Virus record (IMG/VR): IMGVR_UViG_3300028920_000056
Coordinates: 1 to 64,000 of that record
Length of the DNA stretch: 64,000 nucleotides
Source of the DNA: a virus
Direction: 5' to 3' (one strand)
In this document: one piece after another, positions 20,696 to 30,836 of the stretch
Layout of the letters: every line of letters begins with the position of its first letter
Position numbering within the stretch: position 1 is the first letter of the stretch
The notes under the pieces: generated by a model
What the model was told of the DNA's origin: nothing
The model's input: only the letters and a program-made list of their open reading frames with translations
The model's database searches: none
Translations under genes and position numbers: made by a program

Positions 20696-20972
20696 CATAA
20701 CTAAGAAAATATTACTAACTATAAAACATGAAACTATAAGATGGTTATTCGGTATAATTCCAACATCGCTTGGCAATCTAATAGAAGTAAAAGATAAAAT
20801 GTTGATCAAAGCATTAAGTAAGTATGTTCGAGCTAAAGTTGTTGACGCATCTATATACATGAGAGAAGATCATGAATTTTTCTTAGTACTTTTTGATGAT
20901 GAAGATTTAAAGTATTACATAGAATACCAAGATGGCGGCATCACTGGCGATCCAGAAATAGTTGAGGATTAA
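20688..20972 (+). CDS. small protein with N-terminal IxxLF helix
   Basis: KHETIRWLFG. Confidence 0.5.
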   Translation: MHDITKKILLTIKHETIRWLFGIIPTSLGNLIEVKDKMLIKALSKYVRAKVVDASIYMREDHEFFLVLFDDEDLKYYIEYQDGGITGDPEIVED

Positions 20973-20973
20973 T

Positions 20974-21876
20974 ATGAATGAAGCAATAGAATTAATTAAT
21001 AAATTAGGAATGAAAGTTAAACAATCTGAAATCTTAAATAAGAGAGAACTCAATGAATGGCTTGGTGAATCAGTGTTAGATCCCATAAGAGAAAAGTTAG
21101 ATCTAGATGTGTGGACTAAAGATGAAGAACATATGCAACCGAAACATAGAAAATTTATACTTGATAACCTTGAAAAATGGCTAAAGAAAATGGAAGTAGA
21201 CAAAGAGCCCACTAAGATCTCAGTAATTGGTTCTATTACAACATTTCAATATTCAGAAAATGCTGACATTGATGTTAATGTGGTAATTGATTTAACAGAT
21301 GAAGAGTTTAAAGAATTGAAAAAATTTCTTCCCAATGGTAAAAATTTACCTGGAACTAAACACCCTATAAATTATTATGTTGACAAAAAAGCAGAAGCCA
21401 ATTTAAAAGATAGACCTTCTATATATGATTTAAAAAATGATAAATGGGAAAAGAAACCAGAAACAAAAGATATTAAAATTCCATATGCTTATGTTATGGA
21501 AATAGCAAAATTCTTTATGGCTGGTGTTGACAATAGAATAAGTGAATACGAAAGGGATAAACATGAATTAGAATTGTATAAATCATATTTAGAAGATGCG
21601 TCTGTTAAGATTGATTCAGACGAACTACAAGCTGCTATTTCAATAAAAGAATCTGAGATATTAGCAGATTTAGATGCATTATATATTGCTCTTAAATTAG
21701 TAAAGGGTTTTCGTGGTAAAGCATATGAAAAAGATTATGAACCAGACTTTCTTATTTCTGTTGAAATTCAAGATGCTGATTTTTCTGTTAATAATTTAGT
21801 ATATAAAACTATCGAAAGATTTGGCTATTTAGATAAATTACAAAAATACAAAAAGATCAGAGAAAAATATAAATGA
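20974..21876 (+). CDS. DNA polymerase beta superfamily nucleotidyltransferase
   Basis: VIGSITTFQYSENADIDVNV (GS-x-DxD), HPINYY, FSVNNLVYK. Confidence 0.8.
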   Translation: MNEAIELINKLGMKVKQSEILNKRELNEWLGESVLDPIREKLDLDVWTKDEEHMQPKHRKFILDNLEKWLKKMEVDKEPTKISVIGSITTFQYSENADIDVNVVIDLTDEEFKELKKFLPNGKNLPGTKHPINYYVDKKAEANLKDRPSIYDLKNDKWEKKPETKDIKIPYAYVMEIAKFFMAGVDNRISEYERDKHELELYKSYLEDASVKIDSDELQAAISIKESEILADLDALYIALKLVKGFRGKAYEKDYEPDFLISVEIQDADFSVNNLVYKTIERFGYLDKLQKYKKIREKYK

Positions 21877-22346
21877 CTATAGAACAAATAAAGAAAAAAT
21901 TAAATTTAGATCAAATTTATAATTTCCAAGAAGGCAGAGTAGCAGTCGGGAAAAACAACAAATGGGGTCATGTTGATCTTGATGGCAATATAACAACGCC
22001 TATAATTTATGATGGTGTTGGTCATTTCCAAGAAGGTAGAGCTTGGGTTGAGAAAAATGATAAAGAAGGTCATGTTGATCTTGATGGCAAAATAACAACG
22101 CCTATAATTTATGACTATACTGGCGATTTCCAAGATGGCAAAGCTTGGGTCCAGAAAAATGGCAAATATGGTTTTGTTGATCTTGATGGCAAAATAACAA
22201 CGCCTATAATTTATGATGATGTTGATCATTTCTATAAGGGTAGAGCTTGGGTTAAAATCAAAAATTTTGAATTTAATATAAATAAAAATGGATATCCATT
22301 TGAACACAAAGATTTTTATAAATTGATAAAAGGTTTGTTTAAATGA
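21873..22346 (+). CDS. WG-repeat protein, paralogue 3
   Basis: same repeat; ends HKDFYKLIKGLFK. Confidence 0.85.
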   Translation: MTIEQIKKKLNLDQIYNFQEGRVAVGKNNKWGHVDLDGNITTPIIYDGVGHFQEGRAWVEKNDKEGHVDLDGKITTPIIYDYTGDFQDGKAWVQKNGKYGFVDLDGKITTPIIYDDVDHFYKGRAWVKIKNFEFNINKNGYPFEHKDFYKLIKGLFK

Positions 22347-22717
22347 CTAAAGAACAAATAAAGAAAAAATTAAATTTAGATAAAATTTATAATTTCCAAG
22401 AAGGCAGAGCAGCAGTTGAGAAAAACAACAAATGGGGTCATGTTGATCTTGATGGTAAAGTAACAACGCCAATAGTTTATGAATATGTTAGTTCTTTCAA
22501 AGAAGGTAGAGCTTGGGTCCAGAAAAATGGCAAATGGGGCCATGTTGATCTTGATGGTAAAGTGGTAGTGCTTATAATTTATGATGAGGTTGGCTATTTC
22601 TCTAGAGGAGGTAGAGCTTGGGTTGAAATTAATAGTATAGAATTTAATATAAATAAAAATGGCTATCCGTTAAAACATAAAGATTTTTATAAATTGATAA
22701 AAGGTTTGTTTAAATGA
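22343..22717 (+). CDS. WG-repeat protein, paralogue 4 (one fewer repeat)
   Basis: same repeat; ends HKDFYKLIKGLFK. Confidence 0.85.
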   Translation: MTKEQIKKKLNLDKIYNFQEGRAAVEKNNKWGHVDLDGKVTTPIVYEYVSSFKEGRAWVQKNGKWGHVDLDGKVVVLIIYDEVGYFSRGGRAWVEINSIEFNINKNGYPLKHKDFYKLIKGLFK

Positions 22718-22828
22718 AAGAATATATTTCATATAAAGGATTTTGAAAGAAGAATGTATCATATAGAAGAAAATAAAAATCTAATATCACGTTTATCAAA
22801 AGAATTAATACGGAACTTATTCAAATGA
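22714..22828 (+). pseudogene. deleted remnant of an IxxIF-family gene
   Basis: MKEYISYKGF* followed by ...ISRLSKELIRNLFK*. Confidence 0.55.
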
Positions 22829-23040
22829 AATATGTAGAATGGCAAACTGGAGATTACATTAAACCTGTGTGGGGAATTAAGATCAACAAGCAATATATAA
22901 TATTCAATGAAAATCTTGATAAGATTTTTAGATGGTCTATGCTATGGGATGGAAGTGAAAGTGGTTATTGGAAAAGAAAAGAAATAAGTGAAGATGAAAC
23001 CAGTAATGCAATGCATGTTTTAATTAAAGGAGTTTTTTAA
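22825..23040 (+). CDS. small protein, C-terminal IxxIF-tag family
   Basis: ends AMHVLIKGVF. Confidence 0.6.
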   Translation: MKYVEWQTGDYIKPVWGIKINKQYIIFNENLDKIFRWSMLWDGSESGYWKRKEISEDETSNAMHVLIKGVF

Positions 23041-23292
23041 ATGTATTATGCATGGCTTGGTAAAAAATCTGGCACTTTTGTTATTGAAGAAATAGAAATT
23101 GTTTCAGAAAAAGAAGTTCCATCTGATAAACATATACGAATTATTGTATACAAAAAACCACTCTTTCAAAATAATAAAAGCTCTTTTATAAGTTTAAATA
23201 CAGAAGTCATAGTAGAAAAAAAACATATATTTAAAACTCTGCAAGAAGCTAAGTATTTCATTGTAAAAGAAACTTTTAATTCTACAAGATAA
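23041..23292 (+). CDS. small protein, C-terminal IxxIF-tag family
   Basis: ends EAKYFIVKETF. Confidence 0.55.
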   Translation: MYYAWLGKKSGTFVIEEIEIVSEKEVPSDKHIRIIVYKKPLFQNNKSSFISLNTEVIVEKKHIFKTLQEAKYFIVKETFNSTR

Positions 23293-23315
23293 ACTTATAT
23301 ATTTAGGAAGAAGAA

Positions 23316-23714
23316 ATGATATTGAATGATATATTAGAACAATTTACAGATAAAGATTTTAATCCAAATTCATTTGAGTATCGCGAAGAAGATATTCGTG
23401 ATGCTATATTAAATGAGAAACCATACATTAAATTAAAAGAGATTTTTAAACCAGATTTTTGGCCAAAAATTGAAAGATGGCTAAATAATGAGTTAAAAAA
23501 TATTAAAGTTGATGAAGAAGAAATTAATCGTCCTGGCGGTGAATTAAAAGCAAAGTTAGAAAAATATTTAGAAGCTGATACTGATCGTTATGATGATAAT
23601 GTAGAGACTTTAGGTCGTGAAATTATTAACGTATATAATAAATGGAATCAAAAAGAAATAAAAGACATGGACTTACCAGGATCACGCTTTAAATCAACTA
23701 AAAAAGGAGAATAA
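23316..23714 (+). CDS. hypothetical protein
   Basis: 132 aa, AGGAAG RBS, upstream AAGATAAAC. Confidence 0.55.
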   Translation: MILNDILEQFTDKDFNPNSFEYREEDIRDAILNEKPYIKLKEIFKPDFWPKIERWLNNELKNIKVDEEEINRPGGELKAKLEKYLEADTDRYDDNVETLGREIINVYNKWNQKEIKDMDLPGSRFKSTKKGE

Positions 23715-23859
23715 AATGGGTAGAAAAAATAAACCTAGTGAAACAGAACAACTAAATCAGAAGCTTGGTGATGCATTAGGAATGCCAATTGTACAGCAAG
23801 AAGAACCACCAAAGGGAAACACAGAGTTCGCCATAGACAAAGAAAAAGGTAAAAAATAA

Positions 23860-24669
23860 ATGGAATTAGAGCTCAATGAAGTAATTGTAAAACTTATCGA
23901 CATGGTGGGTGTTGGCAATTTTATACTTATTATTGTGTCAATGGCATTAGTAGTTAATTTGCCGACAATAATAACAAAGATAGTAGGATTATTTACATCT
24001 AATAAAAAAGAAAAAGACTTACAACGTGTTGCTGGCTTCATTGAGACTAAATTAAAAGATCTTGATGATCGTTCGAAAGATATTGAAAAAGACGTGACCG
24101 ACATTGAAAACACATTAAAACATAATACTGAAGAAGTCAAAGAATTAAGAACTGATTTAAAATCAGTAAATACTGAAAGACGTGAAGAAAACATGATGAT
24201 TATAGATACTATGGAAAACATGCTAAATTCTATATTATCAATAAAAAATGTTATGAAAAATGTAATGAATGAAGAAGACGCAACGAGGTTAGTATCTTAT
24301 TTGCTTGGAATATTTAACAATTTTTCAACTAGTTTATTCTCAAAGACAATGAATGCGATAGAATCTTTTGAAAATATTGAAGATGAAGATCTTAATCAAA
24401 AAACATTAAAAAATGAAATAGATTCTTGTTGGTCAGATTTAAAAATTGAAATTGCAAGATTTAACACACCAATAAAATTAAAACCTTTTCTTGATTCATA
24501 TGATGATACATTTTGGTCAAAAGAAGGTATGTTTAAACAGATAGTTAAACTATCTACATCAAATAGTGATTTACAAATCATAAAAGAGTCAATAAAAAAA
24601 CAAATTGACATAGGGTTGAGACAATTATTCAATCAAATTTCTGAATCACTAGAGAATAACAGGAGCTAA
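23860..24669 (+). CDS. membrane-anchored coiled-coil protein (possible holin/lysis protein)
   Basis: N-terminal hydrophobic segment followed by a coiled coil. Confidence 0.5.
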   Translation: MELELNEVIVKLIDMVGVGNFILIIVSMALVVNLPTIITKIVGLFTSNKKEKDLQRVAGFIETKLKDLDDRSKDIEKDVTDIENTLKHNTEEVKELRTDLKSVNTERREENMMIIDTMENMLNSILSIKNVMKNVMNEEDATRLVSYLLGIFNNFSTSLFSKTMNAIESFENIEDEDLNQKTLKNEIDSCWSDLKIEIARFNTPIKLKPFLDSYDDTFWSKEGMFKQIVKLSTSNSDLQIIKESIKKQIDIGLRQLFNQISESLENNRS

Positions 24670-24880
24670 TGAGATTTCATGAAAAAAGACAATTCTACTA
24701 AGAAGTGCAAAAAATCAAATCCAACACATTCTAATATAATGAGAAGATTAGAAAATTTGCAAAAGAAAAATGAAGAAATTTTGTCTGATATTTTAGAAAA
24801 ATCTCCAGAAACAGTTGAAGCAAAGGCATAGTTAATTATAATATTAAAATGCATTTTAATTAAAATGGAGGCGCGTTAAT

Positions 24881-25378
24881 ATGAAACTTACAACAGCTGA
24901 GAGACATTTAATTGCTCAGATAGTTAACATCAAATTAAATACAGCTACTTTAAGGGAACACATCAGGCTTGAAGCTATATATCAAGCTGCAGACCCAGAA
25001 AATGCACCGTTACCTATTCCAATAGATTTTGTAGAAGAATCACAAAAAGAACTATTCTCTAAATATGAAAATCAAAGAGTTGCTGATATTAAAAACAAAG
25101 ATGATCAAAAAATCATAAGAGATGCAATAACAAAATCTAATGCAGCAAGAGATGTTATATTTCAAAATGATGAAAAACCTGAATTTGAAGCAAAATTTAG
25201 TGAAGACGACGTTCAAGTGTTAAAGCAGTTTTATGACACAGATTCACGATCATTCCCAAGACAATATCATAAAGCTATATTAAGTTTAAACTCTAAACTT
25301 CATGAAGATCCAAAAGCTAAAGAAGCTAAAGAAGCTAAAGAAGCTAAAGAAGCTAAAAAACCAAAAAAGAAAAAATAA
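24881..25378 (+). CDS. hypothetical protein
   Basis: GGAGG RBS; C-terminal (AKE)n from a 9-bp tandem repeat. Confidence 0.6.
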   Translation: MKLTTAERHLIAQIVNIKLNTATLREHIRLEAIYQAADPENAPLPIPIDFVEESQKELFSKYENQRVADIKNKDDQKIIRDAITKSNAARDVIFQNDEKPEFEAKFSEDDVQVLKQFYDTDSRSFPRQYHKAILSLNSKLHEDPKAKEAKEAKEAKEAKKPKKKK

Positions 25379-25392
25379 TAAACAAACTGAGT

Positions 25393-25420
25393 AAGGGTCA
25401 CATATGTGACCTTTTTTGTG
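25393..25420 (+). terminator. intrinsic terminator
   Basis: AAGGGTCAC-ATAT-GTGACCTTT then TTTGTG. Confidence 0.8.
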
Positions 25421-25502
25421 TGCATTAAAATTCATAATTTCCTTAGCTTTGTGTTAACATATCTTAAGATAATTAAAATATGTAATTTTTGGAGGCAAAA
25501 TA

Positions 25503-25892
25503 ATGGCCGGTGTTACTATGGCTCAATTAAAAGAATTATTGACCAATAAAAAAGAAGATAGCAAAGAAGAAAATATAAAGGGAAATATAAAAAGCAAAGC
25601 TTATAAAGGTACTAAATTGATTATTGTAAGCATAGTAGTTTTCTTGGCAATAATTGGCTTTCTTGGTTCTACACATTGGGGAATATTTGCAGAATTTAGC
25701 ATGGATGATTTTACACAATTTATTAAATCATATGCAGGAATATTTATGATGCTTACAGGTATGATTGGGACTGGCGGAGCTGTTAAAAATGGCATTAAAG
25801 CTTTAGCAGATTATAAGAAAACTATAGCTGGTGTAGAAGAAACTACTGCTAAAGCAGACGATGGTGAAAGTATAGTAAAGGGAAATAAATAA
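25503..25892 (+). CDS. two-TM membrane protein (holin-like)
   Basis: two hydrophobic helices, charged termini, GGAGG RBS. Confidence 0.55.
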   Translation: MAGVTMAQLKELLTNKKEDSKEENIKGNIKSKAYKGTKLIIVSIVVFLAIIGFLGSTHWGIFAEFSMDDFTQFIKSYAGIFMMLTGMIGTGGAVKNGIKALADYKKTIAGVEETTAKADDGESIVKGNK

Positions 25893-26112
25893 TGTCAAGT
25901 TATCCTTATACATATTATGACATGCCAATTGATTATCCAGATTTTATAGGGAAAGAAGATATAAGACGCGCTGGTATTGAAGGTGAAAATGATGAAGCAC
26001 ATCTTGTACCTTCTACGCTAAATAATACAATAGAATTTAGCTCAAACAAATCTGGAAAGAGTAATAATAGTATTTCTGGAATAACAAAAAGTGGGAAGAG
26101 GAATAATTTAAT

Positions 26113-26340
26113 ATGAAATCAATAGGAATAATATTTATCGTTATAGCATTTGTAGCTGGCAGTGGGTTAGTATATATTTTTAACAAATTGAAAAGAAACA
26201 AAAAAACTGACGAAGCCAACAGATTAGTTGGAGAAAGTAATGCTAATGACGAACAAAGAGCTAAAATTAAATCAAAAATTGAAGAGCGCATAAAAGAGAA
26301 TGATAAACTAAGAGAAGAGTTGAAGGACAAGCTAAAATGA
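26113..26340 (+). CDS. membrane-anchored coiled-coil protein (spanin-like)
   Basis: N-terminal TM followed by a charged coiled coil. Confidence 0.5.
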   Translation: MKSIGIIFIVIAFVAGSGLVYIFNKLKRNKKTDEANRLVGESNANDEQRAKIKSKIEERIKENDKLREELKDKLK

Positions 26341-26828
26341 AAAAAATAATAATTGTTTTATTGTTCTTCTTTTCTATGTTTATAGTATATACCGATGACA
26401 TTTCTGATGCATTAGAAGAAAGCAATAAATTGTTGTCTGAAGCCAGTATAAAAATTGAGCAGTTAGAAAATCGCATTAAACAACTAGAAGAAGAGTTGCA
26501 AGCTAGTAATTCACTTATTGAAAAAGCTGATAAAGCGCTACTTGAAAACAATAAAACGTTAAAAGCAGCAAACGAACGAATTGATAAAGATCAAGAAGAA
26601 ATTGTTAAATTAAGAAATATGATAGGGGAATTAATTGATGCTGGTGTAGAGATTACAACTTATCACTGGAATATAATGTTTACTGGTGGATATCCAACAA
26701 ACACAGGCCTTATGGTAGCATACAATTTCCACTTTTTTCCATCTATTGGGGTAGTAACTGGATTTACATATAATTGGGATGAGCACAAGCCTCTTATGTT
26801 GTTTGGAATCAAGATAAATCTAAAGTAA
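26337..26828 (+). CDS. secreted coiled-coil protein with C-terminal beta strands (possible lysis accessory)
   Basis: MKKIIIVLLFFFSMF signal peptide, coiled coil, amphipathic beta C-terminus. Confidence 0.5.
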   Translation: MKKIIIVLLFFFSMFIVYTDDISDALEESNKLLSEASIKIEQLENRIKQLEEELQASNSLIEKADKALLENNKTLKAANERIDKDQEEIVKLRNMIGELIDAGVEITTYHWNIMFTGGYPTNTGLMVAYNFHFFPSIGVVTGFTYNWDEHKPLMLFGIKINLK

Positions 26829-26843
26829 TTAGGGAGTACTATA

Positions 26844-27377
26844 ATGAGTGAAAAATTAGACAAAGTACTTAACAATATCTTTGAAGAAAAAAAAGAAAAG
26901 AAAAAAGCTAAGACTAACAAAAAGAAAGATGGTGCTTTAGGAGATGTGGCTCCTATTGCTCTACAAGTTGGTTTCCCAGAGGTGCAAAAAACTGATATAA
27001 AACAAGATTTGAAAGACCAAGAATCTTGTGACATGCAGATGGAACCTATGGATAAAATAGCAACACAGATACAACACTTATTCATAAGTGGTGACTTTGA
27101 TCAAGCTAATCAGTTAATCAAACAATACAGTATTAGTTATACTAAAGGACAACCTAAGTTTTCTTGGCATCATTTGCAACTATTGATGGATTGGGTACGC
27201 AGCATATATAAATATACAAATATGAAAGATCTTAGCAAAAACTATTATGATTATCAAATGAAACAAGAAATTGAAGGTGCTAAAGATCTTACTAAAGCAG
27301 CAGTAAAAGAAGCGACTATTGATAAGTTTGTAGAAGATGTTGAAAAAGTTTTAAAGAAAAAACTTAAAGCACATTAA
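26844..27377 (+). CDS. hypothetical protein
   Basis: 177 aa, GGGAG RBS. Confidence 0.55.
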   Translation: MSEKLDKVLNNIFEEKKEKKKAKTNKKKDGALGDVAPIALQVGFPEVQKTDIKQDLKDQESCDMQMEPMDKIATQIQHLFISGDFDQANQLIKQYSISYTKGQPKFSWHHLQLLMDWVRSIYKYTNMKDLSKNYYDYQMKQEIEGAKDLTKAAVKEATIDKFVEDVEKVLKKKLKAH

Positions 27378-27396
27378 TATATTTTAGTGAGTTAAT

Positions 27397-27744
27397 ATGA
27401 ATAAAACTAAACAAAATCTCATCAATAAATTACCAGGTAATGTGAGTTCTAACAAGCGTGACTATAATATTGCATTAGAAAACTATCTTAGAGAAAAGGT
27501 TGCAAAATCAACTAAGCAAAGTGAAGCACATAACAATAAAATTAAAGAAATAGAAAAGTGGACTTCTCGCAGAACAAAGATAGCAACAAAGAATACACTT
27601 AGAGATAAAACATGTGACAAATGTGAGCACCATTTATATTGTAAATTAGCAAATAATAAATTCTTTTCATGCTATCTGTTCAAAGCAATTTCATATAAAG
27701 GAAAAATTTTATTGCAGCGAGTATATTATAGTAAAGACGTTTAA
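27397..27744 (+). CDS. TKxLLKD-CxxC family protein (motif internal)
   Basis: ATKNTLRDKTCDKC...C...C. Confidence 0.55.
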   Translation: MNKTKQNLINKLPGNVSSNKRDYNIALENYLREKVAKSTKQSEAHNNKIKEIEKWTSRRTKIATKNTLRDKTCDKCEHHLYCKLANNKFFSCYLFKAISYKGKILLQRVYYSKDV

Positions 27745-27767
27745 TCTTCAAGGAAGGAGTAAATATT

Positions 27768-28229
27768 ATGTCAAAAGACGAAAAAATAAAAATACCTGAT
27801 CCATTCAAAATAGATATGGATTTTACTTTATTTGCGGCAATTAAATACAATAGAAGCTTAAAAGACTATAAACATGAGTATGACACAAGAGAATTTACAA
27901 ATTTTAAAAGATTGTTTAAAGAATTTTTAAAGAAGTTAAATGAAAACAATCCAACAGCTTTTTCAGATTTATCAACACTGATGTCTATGTGGGGTTATCA
28001 TAGAAAATATTGTGGTATGTGTGGTAGACCTGTCATAGGAAAAGTTTATAGAATGCAAGGTGGAAAGATTGTATGTGTCACATGTTATGGATCTTATAAA
28101 ATAACTGAAAAGTTATTTGAAAAAGATGCTGATGAAGAAATAAAAGAAAAAGCAAGTGAAAAAACACTTGAACAAATTGATGTTGAAAATCTTCTTGAAA
28201 CTAAATCCGAAAATGCAACAACTAAGTAG
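27768..28229 (+). CDS. zinc-finger protein
   Basis: CGMCGRPV...VCVTCY. Confidence 0.6.
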   Translation: MSKDEKIKIPDPFKIDMDFTLFAAIKYNRSLKDYKHEYDTREFTNFKRLFKEFLKKLNENNPTAFSDLSTLMSMWGYHRKYCGMCGRPVIGKVYRMQGGKIVCVTCYGSYKITEKLFEKDADEEIKEKASEKTLEQIDVENLLETKSENATTK

Positions 28230-28266
28230 CAAATTCGCATAATTAATTATAAAAGATTATTTAAAA

Positions 28267-28992
28267 ATGGAGGTGTCTCCAATGAAAAAAACTTATCGAG
28301 TAGATAAAGTACTTGAAAGGAATTTAAATGAACAAGATCCCTTTCCCGAAGAAATAGATGATGAAGAAGATGAAGAACAAAAAAAGGGAAAACAAGAAAA
28401 ATCTAAACAAGAAAAAGAGAAAGAAAAAGAACAAAAAGATATAAGCGATGTTGATAAAACTGATATGGAAGATGATGAAGATTCAGAAACAGTAGAAGAT
28501 GAAGAAGTTGCTGTTTCTATTACAATGAATGCAGATGCAGCTAGTGGAGGACAAATTAAACTAGTGCCATTCAAAAAATTAAGTTCGCTAGTTTCTATAG
28601 AATCAATTCTTAGGTTGTTCAACATAGATCCTGAAAATATTGATGAGGGATTTAAAGACAGATTAGAAATTTCTATCAAATCTCCAATAACAGATTTTAA
28701 AGATGAAGAATATATAATTAGATTGATGGATATGATAGGAGAAATTTCTATACAAAAAGAAGGCTTTAGCAAAACACTAACTAAAAAATCAGCACCTAAT
28801 ACTAATCTTCAGCAAGCAGTTACTCAGCAAATTGGTACACCTGGAGAAGAAGGATCTGCTGAGATCGGTAGTGAAGAAGAAACTAAACCAGAAAAAGCTA
28901 TAAATTTAGATTATCTGCCAGATCTGAATTATGACTTTAAAAAGTCTGTTAAGAATGAATTCTTTGACAGAATTCTTTCGTCACAACAATAG
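28267..28992 (+). CDS. acidic hypothetical protein (possible head core protein)
   Basis: acidic low-complexity; LNE processing-like site; true start probably the MKKTY ATG after GGAGGTG. Confidence 0.55.
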   Translation: MEVSPMKKTYRVDKVLERNLNEQDPFPEEIDDEEDEEQKKGKQEKSKQEKEKEKEQKDISDVDKTDMEDDEDSETVEDEEVAVSITMNADAASGGQIKLVPFKKLSSLVSIESILRLFNIDPENIDEGFKDRLEISIKSPITDFKDEEYIIRLMDMIGEISIQKEGFSKTLTKKSAPNTNLQQAVTQQIGTPGEEGSAEIGSEEETKPEKAINLDYLPDLNYDFKKSVKNEFFDRILSSQQ

Positions 28993-29753
28993 TGGCAAAA
29001 AATAAAAAGACGCCGAAAGTACCAAAAAATTATTATTTTATTGAACATGAGACGGCGCCTTTAATTCTAGAATGGCAGACAATATATTTAACACAGAAAG
29101 ATTTAGAAAACAAAATAGAAGAAAATGACAATGAAAAAGAGTTAGAAAAATTAAGATTAGATTTAAAAAAAGTTATTAAAACATCTAAAGAATACTTAGA
29201 AAAAATAATGGAACCAGTTTGTAAAATTATCAAAGGAGTAATCTTTCAGCATCAATTTCATAAAAAAGAAAAATATGATACATGCTTTCAAATTGCAGTT
29301 GAAGCATGCATGAAAGCATTAAGAAGGTTTAATCCAGAACAGGGTACTGCTTTTAATTATTTAAGCTTAGCCGCAAAAAAATCTATCTTTTATTATTTGA
29401 TAAAAAGAAACAAGAAAAAAGCATTATCTCTAGAATATGAATACTTAGGAGATGATAATTTAAAACTTAAAAATCTAATCAAACAAGAAGAAAAAATCTT
29501 AAGAAATTTGGAGATAGAAAATATAATTGATACAATATTTAATCTGATTTATGAAAATAATCAACAAGAAAGTTTGATTAATGTAACAAAAGAATTAAAA
29601 GATTATTTATTTTATCGTCAAGGTATATATGAAAAAAAAGATTTTTTCAAATGGGCAAAAGCAGATGGAATAAGCTCTAATCTTTTGCGTAAATTTGTAA
29701 AGTTTTTAAAAGAACATAAAGATGAATTGTATAAAGAAGTTGGCGTATACTAA
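28992..29753 (+). CDS. phage sigma factor (gp55-like late sigma)
   Basis: NYYF..E N-terminal motif; ACMKALRRFNPEQGTAFNYLSLAAKKSIFYYL region-2 signature. Confidence 0.75.
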   Translation: MAKNKKTPKVPKNYYFIEHETAPLILEWQTIYLTQKDLENKIEENDNEKELEKLRLDLKKVIKTSKEYLEKIMEPVCKIIKGVIFQHQFHKKEKYDTCFQIAVEACMKALRRFNPEQGTAFNYLSLAAKKSIFYYLIKRNKKKALSLEYEYLGDDNLKLKNLIKQEEKILRNLEIENIIDTIFNLIYENNQQESLINVTKELKDYLFYRQGIYEKKDFFKWAKADGISSNLLRKFVKFLKEHKDELYKEVGVY

Positions 29754-29770
29754 TCGAAAGCTAACTATAT

Positions 29771-30046
29771 ATGAAGAAAGTATATATAAAAAAGAAAGCT
29801 GATGATACATTTACAAAATACATTGCCATAAGAAAAAGCAAATATGTTCAGAAACAAGGTATTTATAAATTAGTACGAGTTGATAAAGCGCTGATTGGTA
29901 AATCATGGGATACTTCTAAATGGGCTAGAAATATAATAGATAGATTAGATATCTTAGATGATAAAACTACAGATTATATACCAACTTCAAATGAAGCACA
30001 TGATATAATAAAATCATTATTTGAGGGGTATAAAGATGAAACTTAA
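29771..30046 (+). CDS. small protein, C-terminal IxxIF-tag family
   Basis: ends EAHDIIKSLFE. Confidence 0.6.
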   Translation: MKKVYIKKKADDTFTKYIAIRKSKYVQKQGIYKLVRVDKALIGKSWDTSKWARNIIDRLDILDDKTTDYIPTSNEAHDIIKSLFEGYKDET

Positions 30047-30836
30047 TGAATTTTTAAATGAAGCTAGAGGAAGTGGCTCATTCGACTATAGATTTTGGTT
30101 TTGGGCAAAAAAAGGCAGCCAATATGGTTTTGGTTATGCCAGACAAAATATCAAAGTAGACATAGAAAAACTAAATGCTCCTGCAGGAGAAGGTTCATCT
30201 GAGTTTGAAAAAATGCTTCATCCAACAGTACGCCAAGCAGTAGACGCATTAAACCAAATACAAAAAGCAAAAGAAGTAGAACAGAGTGATGAAGAGTATG
30301 AAGTAGTTGAAAAGAAAATAAAAGCAAATACTAAACGAATACAAGGAGTTGCTGATTTATTTAGCTCACCTATTGTAATACATTGGTTAACAGATGATAA
30401 ACCAACTCTTGTTACAATACCACATTATAAGGATGGTGACGTAACAGATAGCGCTGGAAAACAAATTAAAGTTTTAGAAATCTTCAGAGATCCCGAAACT
30501 AGAGAATTTGTAACACACCATATTGATTGGAGCAAAGTAAATATAAATGATGAAAAGACTGGTGATACTCTAAATACTATTATGAGTAAATTCATACAAA
30601 CAGTATTTGAAAGCGAGAGCAAAGGTAGCAAAAGAAAAGTTGCAAGATCAGCAGGACTTGAACAAATGAAAGATTTAAAATTTAAAACTGGTGATGTCGA
30701 AGTAATATCTTTTAAATCTGCAGATTATAATTTGTTACCAAAAGATCTAATTGGTTCTAAAAAAATTATTGGCAAAATTAATGATATAAAAAAGAATTTT
30801 CAGAAGTTATTGCAAAAAGCAAGAGCTGCATTTTAA
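30036..30836 (+). CDS. hypothetical protein, possible head-internal protein
   Basis: MKLNEFLNEA leader after GAGGGG. Confidence 0.6.
   Translation: MKLNEFLNEARGSGSFDYRFWFWAKKGSQYGFGYARQNIKVDIEKLNAPAGEGSSEFEKMLHPTVRQAVDALNQIQKAKEVEQSDEEYEVVEKKIKANTKRIQGVADLFSSPIVIHWLTDDKPTLVTIPHYKDGDVTDSAGKQIKVLEIFRDPETREFVTHHIDWSKVNINDEKTGDTLNTIMSKFIQTVFESESKGSKRKVARSAGLEQMKDLKFKTGDVEVISFKSADYNLLPKDLIGSKKIIGKINDIKKNFQKLLQKARAAF

Noticed and set aside
14913-22717. Diversity-generating retroelement acting on the WG repeats (many variable codons are NNT, as from an AAT template)
   Set aside because: There is no reverse transcriptase or non-coding template repeat in the window, and variants travel as linked blocks including non-adenine changes, which fits recombination better. 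It cannot be excluded for the rest of the genome.
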